NCBI GenBank assembly: GCA_913050195.1
Contig: CAJXBJ010000001.1
Location: 2,916-66,915 of the forward strand
From: an uncultured Saprospirales bacterium
GTDB lineage: Bacteria; Bacteroidota; Bacteroidia; Chitinophagales; CAJXBJ01
Length of the DNA: 64,000 nt
Direction of reading: 5' to 3'
Both the position numbers and the translations under genes were made by a program. Below the pieces are notes generated by a model. The model did not search any database. It saw nothing but the letters and a program-made list of their open reading frames with translations, and had not been told where the DNA came from. How positions within the stretch are numbered: position 1 is the first letter of the stretch; the number at the start of each line of letters is the position of its first letter. Positions 57,900 to 64,000 of this stretch are shown one piece after another.

Positions 57900-59039
57900 C
57901 ATATCCCCGGTATTAAAAGAGTGGATATTGGATGGTAAACAGACTAATACATCTGAAGTAGCAAGAGACTGAAGCATATGAGATGCTTGACCCTTTTGTA
58001 GATGAATTTCATACTCAATTACTTTCGCAGAAACAAAATGAGTCTTTCCATCATTCTTCTTGCTGTGATCATGCCCAAGTGGTAAGTGAATAATTCTATA
58101 CTCAGTTGAAGAAAGCAATGAGCGGACGTATACATAAAAACAACTCATTACTGATCTGGGGTTACCTGGCAAGCCAAAGGCTAACTGACCTTTATTTTCA
58201 GCAAACAAAAGAGGCTTTCCTGGCTTTTGAGCTATTTTATGAAAGCATTTTTTAAACCCGAGCCTTTCTAGGGCAGGTAAAGTAAAGTCATAATCTCCTA
58301 CAGAAACACCACCGGTAATCAATATAAGCTCATTTTCATCGCTAGCAAGCTGAATGGAATCCAACATTTCTTCCATGGTATCTCGAGCTCTATACAGCTT
58401 GCTCTTCAGGCCTAGGCTTTCTATAGCCGCAGATAACATAGGACCATTCGACTCATATATAAGCCCTTCTCTTATGTCATCAGGACCATCAGCAAACTCA
58501 TTGCCTGTTACTACAATGCCTACGCTTAACTCCTCAACCATAACTTCTTCAATACCTAAAGAACAAAGCAAGCCTATGCTTGATGCATTTAAACGGTGCC
58601 CTGCCTCAAGCACCTTGTCCCCAGACTTAAGCTGTTCTCCTTTTTTTCTGATATTCGAACCTATTTTGAAGTTATGTTCTTCTATACTGAGCTCATCGCC
58701 TGTTACCTGTGTATATTCCTGCATAACTACAGTATCTGCATCTGAATACACAGGAGCACCAGTCAGGATCCTAATAGCCTCGCCCTTTGCTAAACCTTTA
58801 TAACTTTCACTGCCTGCAGCTGTTTCTCCAACAAGCTTTAAGCTCGACTTGTGACTCCAATCATTTAATCTAAAGGCGTACCCATCAACAGCGGACTGAT
58901 CAAAAAGAGGGTGATCAATCGGTGAATATATTGGCTCTGCAAGCACACAACCTAGCGAGTTTGCTATTGTAACACTTGACTTTGAAAAGCGAAGATTATG
59001 CTTTGATATAATCTGCTTTGCTTCTTCTACACTTATCAT
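57879..59039 (-). CDS. moeA: Molybdopterin molybdenumtransferase MoeA
   Basis: SPIDHPLFDQSAVDGYAF, ITGGVSVGDYDF and GLPGNPRS are MoeA hallmarks. ATGA overlap with the hpt stop. Confidence 0.92.
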   Translation of the reverse strand: MISVEEAKQIISKHNLRFSKSSVTIANSLGCVLAEPIYSPIDHPLFDQSAVDGYAFRLNDWSHKSSLKLVGETAAGSESYKGLAKGEAIRILTGAPVYSDADTVVMQEYTQVTGDELSIEEHNFKIGSNIRKKGEQLKSGDKVLEAGHRLNASSIGLLCSLGIEEVMVEELSVGIVVTGNEFADGPDDIREGLIYESNGPMLSAAIESLGLKSKLYRARDTMEEMLDSIQLASDENELILITGGVSVGDYDFTLPALERLGFKKCFHKIAQKPGKPLLFAENKGQLAFGLPGNPRSVMSCFYVYVRSLLSSTEYRIIHLPLGHDHSKKNDGKTHFVSAKVIEYEIHLQKGQASHMLQSLATSDVLVCLPSNIHSFNTGDMLEVVWL

Positions 59040-59587
59040 TTGAGCTGATAGATACCTTTAAAGTTTCGACCTTTATAGTCATAATCCAAGCCGTAACCAA
59101 TAACAAACTTATTGTCAATCTTAAAGCCCAGATAATCAATAGTAATGCTGTGCTGCAAAGCCTCTGGCTTATTCAGCAAGGAAGCAATTTTAATCTCTTT
59201 TGCTCCTCTACTCTTTAAATCCTTCAAGTAATGATGCAAGGTATTACCTGTATCTACGATATCCTCAACTACAATAACCGTTCTATCTTTTACATCAATA
59301 TCTATGGCTGCCACTTCTCGAACGACACCAGTAGATTTCTGCCCTTGATAAGAGGCTAGCTTTGTAAAAGTTACCTGACAATCAATAGGTACTTCTTTAA
59401 TTAAGTCTGAAGCAAACATGAAGGCTCCATTTAAAACTACGATAAACAATGGTTGTTTATCACCACAATCTCTAACAATAGCCGCCCCTAACTCCTTTAC
59501 TCGCTTATCTATTTCTTCTGGCGAGATATAAGGAACGAAAGTCTTATCGTGTACTACAACTTCATCTTGTCCTACCTGATCTATCAT
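59036..59587 (-). CDS. hpt: Hypoxanthine phosphoribosyltransferase
   Basis: The PRPP-binding motif VIVVEDIVDTGNTL, the ~180 aa length and the C-terminal VIGYGLDYDYKGRNF typical of Hpt. Confidence 0.93.
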   Translation of the reverse strand: MIDQVGQDEVVVHDKTFVPYISPEEIDKRVKELGAAIVRDCGDKQPLFIVVLNGAFMFASDLIKEVPIDCQVTFTKLASYQGQKSTGVVREVAAIDIDVKDRTVIVVEDIVDTGNTLHHYLKDLKSRGAKEIKIASLLNKPEALQHSITIDYLGFKIDNKFVIGYGLDYDYKGRNFKGIYQLK

Positions 59588-59635
59588 TAAAATGACTTTT
59601 AACTAAGATATGATTTCATTTTCGAAAAATAAAGT

Positions 59636-61066
59636 CTATTTACCTCTTCTACCTTCTAATATCTTATAAAAAGATCTACTTCTTATCTCATCCAAAGTAA
59701 GGCTGGTCTTTAAAGCATCCTCTTCCGATATAGCCCCACAGTTAAGTGCACTTAAGAAATAGTTAAGCAAACCTTGCCCTGTAGCTGCATCATCAAAAAC
59801 ATCTCCAGAAAGTGTTGCTTGTGCTGCTTTTGAAACAAAGTTTCTCAGTCTTAAGGTTGCCTCTTCATAGCTTTCTAAAAAATATGAGTAAACAGCCATG
59901 TATCTTATAGGCAATTGCGCTGGATGAAGATCCCAACCTTGATACATTCCTTTCCATAAGGTATGTCTATTATGATCATAAGCAAGCTTCCAAGCCTTAT
60001 GAACTACTTCAGTATTTTCCTTTTCTTGAGCTTTGCTTAGACCATCCCCTCTGTGTGGGCCCACTGGCATTACATTAGTCGCTCCATCACTGAGAAATAT
60101 TCCAGTCCCTCCAAGGGCTACTTTCATCATATGGTGGGCAAAGTCACATACCTGATGATTCATCACTTGATACTCTGCTGTAATACTACATGAGGCTGTA
60201 TAATCATAGGTACCGAAATGAGCACCAGTAATCCGCCCTTTAGAGGCTTTAATCAAACCCATAAGTGGATTTTTTCCCTTCGCATTTACGACTGATTGAG
60301 TTGTTTCAACCATAATCTCCATTTTAAGACTCCCCTCCTCAAGACCTGTATTCTCTTCTATTAACTCAAACAACTCTACCAAGGCTGTAACTTGTTCTGG
60401 TATTGTAACCTTAGGCAAGGTAACCACAAAGTTATCTGGAAGCTTGTTCGATGTTAATGGCAATAATGTACTTAGAAAAATATCTAGTGTGCGAACTCCT
60501 CGCATCTTTAAATCTTCTGTAAAAGGCTTAATTCGAATACCAATGAAAGGCGATATCGTTCCTGCTTGCATGCCCTTAGCCAGTTCTTGAGCTGCATTAA
60601 CCGCTGTAGCGTCTTCTTCATCATCAGGTCTATTGCCAAAGCCATCTTCAAAATCAATACGAAAATCCTCAATAGCCTCTCTAGAGAGCTTTTCTTTCAT
60701 TTTGTTGTAGACCGTATATGCCAACCAAGCTTCATGGGACTGACGATCATCCTCAGACATTGCATCTAGCTCACTAACCAAAGCATCTATATCTGACTTA
60801 TTATCAGGCATATTTTCATGGCCTCGAATCTCGAGTGCCTTAGCCATGACCACAAAATTTGGTGCATAAGCATCTAAATTACCTTGAGCTACTTTACCCA
60901 TTTTAACTGTCCTGTCAGACTTAAATAGGTTTGCCCCACCATAAACAGTATGTACTGGTTGACGATCCGTAGAATCTCCCTTATATACTTTTTGAAATTT
61001 GGCATTAGCCTTGCCTAACTTGTTTAGAATTTTGGACTTTTTATCCTCTGGCAAAATTGAATTCAT
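59636..61066 (-). CDS. Malate-synthase / CitE (HpcH-HpaI)-superfamily TIM-barrel protein, function unassigned
   Basis: Superfamily-like motifs read from the translation: IDFEDGFG (compare DFED of malate synthase and DLED of CitE), MEIMVETTQSV (IET strand), GAHFGTYDYTAS (compare GRWDY) and GWDLHPAQL (HPxQ). It is embedded between uraH and hpt. Confidence 0.5.
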   Translation of the reverse strand: MNSILPEDKKSKILNKLGKANAKFQKVYKGDSTDRQPVHTVYGGANLFKSDRTVKMGKVAQGNLDAYAPNFVVMAKALEIRGHENMPDNKSDIDALVSELDAMSEDDRQSHEAWLAYTVYNKMKEKLSREAIEDFRIDFEDGFGNRPDDEEDATAVNAAQELAKGMQAGTISPFIGIRIKPFTEDLKMRGVRTLDIFLSTLLPLTSNKLPDNFVVTLPKVTIPEQVTALVELFELIEENTGLEEGSLKMEIMVETTQSVVNAKGKNPLMGLIKASKGRITGAHFGTYDYTASCSITAEYQVMNHQVCDFAHHMMKVALGGTGIFLSDGATNVMPVGPHRGDGLSKAQEKENTEVVHKAWKLAYDHNRHTLWKGMYQGWDLHPAQLPIRYMAVYSYFLESYEEATLRLRNFVSKAAQATLSGDVFDDAATGQGLLNYFLSALNCGAISEEDALKTSLTLDEIRSRSFYKILEGRRGK

Positions 61067-61076
61067 AATAATTTAT

Positions 61077-61415
61077 TTAGCTCCCTCTATATGTTGAATA
61101 CCCAAATGGGTTTAGTAATAATGGCACATGATAATGCGATTGATCAAAGGTTTCGAACACTATTGTAACATATGGATAAAACCCCTTAATTGATTGACCG
61201 TAAAAATAAGCGCCTGTGTCAAAATACATTCTATATGTTCCTGGATCAAGCAATTCTCCTTCTGATAATAAATCCGGCACTCGACCATCCGAATTAGTCT
61301 CACCCTGTCCTATGGTTTGCCAACTATCTCCCTCTGGCTTTTGAAGCATACACAGCACACCTTCTGCAGGCTTACCTGTCGAGGTATCCAATATATGCGT
61401 CGTTATCTGACTCAT
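61077..61415 (-). CDS. uraH: 5-hydroxyisourate hydrolase (transthyretin-like)
   Basis: ITTHILDTSTGKPAEGV at the N-terminus and the diagnostic C-terminal YSTYRGS tetrapeptide region. About 112 aa. Confidence 0.93.
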   Translation of the reverse strand: MSQITTHILDTSTGKPAEGVLCMLQKPEGDSWQTIGQGETNSDGRVPDLLSEGELLDPGTYRMYFDTGAYFYGQSIKGFYPYVTIVFETFDQSHYHVPLLLNPFGYSTYRGS

Positions 61416-61915
61416 GACAATAGCTTATTTATTCTTAAATGGGTGATTTTCCTTTGCTCTTCTGCGGCTTGCAAGATTTCCATTTCCGTAGAATTTGGAA
61501 GACGCCCTTCAAGAATTTCTAACATTTCACCTGCTGTTTTTCCTGTGGCGCAGACGATAAAAATAAAGCCATGCTTGGCATAATAGTCTTCGTTTAATAA
61601 AGCCAACTTCTTAATTATATCCTCGGTTGCTACTGCAACACCCGACTGCTCTCCTTCTGACCAGGATGCTGTAGATGCAAACTTTTCTTTAAGGCTGTTC
61701 ACATCTCCAATTTTAGGATGGTGCGTGAATGCTTCCAAAAAATCGTTATTATTACAATTATCCCAGCACTCATCCGCTTTTTCATGCAGCTCTACCATGT
61801 TTGCATAAGGTGCTTTAAGGATCATGCTCTGCACCCATTTTGACGAACCGTTACATCTTGTAAGCTCCTCTTTCATACTTGCCTCTTCTAAGGCATTTAA
61901 TTCTGTTAATTTCAT
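61412..61915 (-). CDS. uraD: 2-oxo-4-hydroxy-4-carboxy-5-ureidoimidazoline (OHCU) decarboxylase
   Basis: The AFTHHPKIG motif, ...SWSEGEQSG..., about 165 aa, and ATGA overlaps with allantoicase upstream and uraH downstream. Confidence 0.88.
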   Translation of the reverse strand: MKLTELNALEEASMKEELTRCNGSSKWVQSMILKAPYANMVELHEKADECWDNCNNNDFLEAFTHHPKIGDVNSLKEKFASTASWSEGEQSGVAVATEDIIKKLALLNEDYYAKHGFIFIVCATGKTAGEMLEILEGRLPNSTEMEILQAAEEQRKITHLRINKLLS

Positions 61916-62937
61916 GTTGTTATTTTGGTTCCAAATGCTCTTAAGCGGCTTATCCCACCATCTGGAAAGATATTTAATCGTAAATGCGTAAATGGCCCAC
62001 GTGCCATTAAATCTTTAAAATAGTGCTCATGATCTGCTTGAAGCTTAGCTTTATCAAGAACTGTTGTCCAATTTATATCATCTGAATCTAAGTCTATACT
62101 CTCAGTATTACATGCTTCAATGGAACAACTATCTGGATAATTTCCTTTAAAATGACATGTATCAACTAATAGTTCTTCCAAATTAGACTGATGGCCTAAT
62201 TTCAAGATCACCCAGTCTCTATTATTAGGCGTACGGTTTCTTTTTGTCTCCCAGCCATCGCCCATATTTATACCACGTCCTGGCATGGTTAAATTATCCA
62301 TGTGCGAAAAAAACATATCGTTACACAAAACGGCTTTACCACCATTTAATGCCGAAGCCATATCTAATTGCTCATTAGAATCTACTAAATCCCAGTTTTT
62401 AAATACTTCACCATATACTTTCAGCCTTGCTACTCCTCCATCTGGATATATTTGCAACCTCAGATGTGTCCAAACTTCGTCGCTATTTATTTCATAGAAA
62501 TTATGATTACCCTGCTCTAATGGGCTCCTAGATAGAATAGTCGTCCACTCTACCTTATCATTCTCTAAATCCTCTAAAGAAACATCTTCATGCAGACAAC
62601 ATGCCTCCAAAGCCGCATGTGGTGGATGATTCCCCAAGAAATGGTTAGTATCTATATCAACACCTATGATTTTACCTGGGGCCCCTAATTTTAAGATCGC
62701 CCAATCATTACCCTCTGTCCGTTTCCTTCGAGACTCCCATCCATCCATCCATTTACCTCTTTCAGTAAACTTATCTTCAATAAAAATACCTCGTCCTGGC
62801 TTAATTAAATTATGCACGGAGGCAAAAAAGTCATCACTACAAGACAAGACTTTACCACCCAAGCGTTCTTGAGCCAAGTCCATATTTTTTACAAATTGTG
62901 GCGATGATTTCTCAACTATTACTACTTCTGACCGCAT
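61912..62937 (-). CDS. alc: Allantoicase
   Basis: Two allantoicase repeats, each with the DGWE(S/T)(R/K)R motif (MDGWESRRKR, GDGWETKRNR) and ...IFPDGG(V/I)(A/S)RL... The start at 62937 overlaps the allB 3' end by 26 nt. An alternative ATG at 62883 (MDLAQERLGG) avoids the overlap. Confidence 0.9.
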   Translation of the reverse strand: MRSEVVIVEKSSPQFVKNMDLAQERLGGKVLSCSDDFFASVHNLIKPGRGIFIEDKFTERGKWMDGWESRRKRTEGNDWAILKLGAPGKIIGVDIDTNHFLGNHPPHAALEACCLHEDVSLEDLENDKVEWTTILSRSPLEQGNHNFYEINSDEVWTHLRLQIYPDGGVARLKVYGEVFKNWDLVDSNEQLDMASALNGGKAVLCNDMFFSHMDNLTMPGRGINMGDGWETKRNRTPNNRDWVILKLGHQSNLEELLVDTCHFKGNYPDSCSIEACNTESIDLDSDDINWTTVLDKAKLQADHEHYFKDLMARGPFTHLRLNIFPDGGISRLRAFGTKITT

Positions 62938-64000
62938 TCAAGATTTTTTTTCCTTCGCCCAAAGATACGAAACTTCCTTGGTCAAAAACCAACTGTCCAT
63001 TTACGATTGTTCGCTTGATTTTTCCATAAAGTTTTTGCCCATCATAAGGTGTGATTTTATGCCTAAAATGCATTTCTTTTTGATCTACTGTAAAAGAATC
63101 TTCTGGAGCCCAAACCATTAAATCTGCGCATGCACCTTCTTTAATTTCTCCCTTACTACTAAGATTACAAAAATCAGCAATATTAGCACTCATCAATTTC
63201 GCCATATCTTCTATGGCAAACCCTTTATCCCTTGCCTTCGTCCAAACAATCGGCAGACTCAACTCCAAACATGAAATACCACCCCAAGCTTTAGCTATAT
63301 TACCAGTTTCTATTTCCTTTATATTTGGTGGTGCAGGCGAATGATCTGTAACTATCATTGATATAAGACCAGATTTAATTGCATTCCATAATTGTTCATT
63401 ATTTACTGCCTCTCTTATAGGCGGAGCACATTTAAATCTTGTATCTCCGTCTGGTATATCTTCAGCACAAAAAAACAAGTATTGAGGACAGCACTCTACA
63501 CTCATAGGCAAACCTTCCTGAATAGCCTCTTTTAGAAGTGGGATACCCTCATCTGATGATAAATGCACAATATGTGTTCTACAGCCCGTCTCACGACACA
63601 AATCAATCATCATTTTGATTGCATTATTCTCCCATGCCTTAGGCCTTGAAGCCAACCAAGCCTGATAAGAAAATGGGTTTTCCTTTAACAAAGATTGATT
63701 GGCATGTGAACTATCAAGCTCTGCATGAACCAATAAGGGCAAACCATATTTAGCAATTATAGGCATCCCTTCCAACAAATCATAAGCAGTCACATTTGGA
63801 AACTCATCAATTCCTGAGTGGGTAGTAAAGGCTTTAATACCTAACACCCCTCCTTCTATCAAAGCTGTTAGATCACTGTTATTTCCAGGTATTATTCCAC
63901 CCCAAAAACCCACATTCACATGAATCTTGCCTTCAGCTGCACGTAATTTTTTATTTAAGGCATCAATATTCGTCGTGACTGGAGACGAATTTAATGGCAT
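62912..64000 (-). CDS. allB: Allantoinase (cyclic amidohydrolase), C-terminal ~362 aa; 5' end outside the window
   Basis: The frame is open to the window edge. Amidohydrolase motifs VHAELD, IVHLSS and IVTDHSP are present, but the N-terminal HxH metal site is not in view. Context (alc, uraD, uraH immediately downstream) favours allantoinase over dihydroorotase or hydantoinase. Confidence 0.8.
   Translation of the reverse strand: MPLNSSPVTTNIDALNKKLRAAEGKIHVNVGFWGGIIPGNNSDLTALIEGGVLGIKAFTTHSGIDEFPNVTAYDLLEGMPIIAKYGLPLLVHAELDSSHANQSLLKENPFSYQAWLASRPKAWENNAIKMMIDLCRETGCRTHIVHLSSDEGIPLLKEAIQEGLPMSVECCPQYLFFCAEDIPDGDTRFKCAPPIREAVNNEQLWNAIKSGLISMIVTDHSPAPPNIKEIETGNIAKAWGGISCLELSLPIVWTKARDKGFAIEDMAKLMSANIADFCNLSSKGEIKEGACADLMVWAPEDSFTVDQKEMHFRHKITPYDGQKLYGKIKRTIVNGQLVFDQGSFVSLGEGKKILNAVRSSNS

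Noticed and set aside
58354-58803. 149-aa plus-strand ORF antisense to moeA
   Set aside because: It is fully nested opposite a strongly supported gene. Its Ser/Leu/Pro-rich low-complexity translation is typical of antisense frames, and it has no motif and no separate promoter space.
1-64000. CRISPR arrays, rRNA/tRNA genes, transposases, integrases, prophage genes and recognisable defence-system genes (restriction-modification, Abi, CBASS, retrons and similar)
   Set aside because: No direct-repeat/spacer periodicity is visible, no intergenic gap is large enough to hold such elements, and none of the translated ORFs carries the corresponding catalytic motifs.

Overview
This is a gene-dense, low-GC chromosomal segment that looks like Bacteroidota, probably a Flavobacteriia-type organism. 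That call rests on several T9SS C-terminal sorting domains, TonB-dependent receptors with carboxypeptidase-regulatory-like N-termini, a DUF4249 partner lipoprotein, TAnnTTTG-like -7 boxes and A-rich leaders without Shine-Dalgarno sites. I can support about 50 CDS. I found no rRNA, tRNA, CRISPR array, transposase or integrase. Layout: (i) nt 1144-16145 is one co-directional minus-strand string: alaS, gatB, two TlpA-like redoxins, grpE, dnaJ, two paralogous TPR/PD40/SPOR proteins, a NatAB-like ABC exporter and ppx. (ii) nt 16.2-27.5 kb holds envelope genes: M23 peptidase, CapA-like protein, two TonB-dependent receptors with DUF4249, a MORN+TPR protein and an L,D-transpeptidase-like protein. (iii) nt 27.5-40.5 kb is a tightly packed six-gene minus-strand unit. 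It opens with a DtxR/MntR-type metalloregulator, followed by four T9SS-sorted secreted proteins and a TonB-dependent receptor. A secreted WD40 protein is transcribed divergently, and a DtxR-box-like palindrome sits in the shared promoter gap. (iv) nt 43.5-52.4 kb holds fdhD, an unknown membrane protein and ydeP, plus molybdenum cofactor genes (moaA, moaC/B fusion, moaE, moaD, mobA). (v) nt 52.4-57.9 kb is an accessory-looking insert: VOC protein, class-C beta-lactamase-like hydrolase, two duplicated lipoprotein cassettes and an orphan 508-aa helical protein. (vi) nt 57.9-64.0 kb is a translationally coupled operon: allantoinase, allantoicase, OHCU decarboxylase, HIU hydrolase, a malate-synthase/CitE-like protein, hpt and moeA. 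My best candidates for something undescribed are the metalloregulator-led T9SS operon, the duplicated lipoprotein cassettes with their 508-aa neighbour, and the fdhD-membrane protein-ydeP-micro-ORF unit. All product calls come from reading motifs in the supplied translations. No database search or computation was run.
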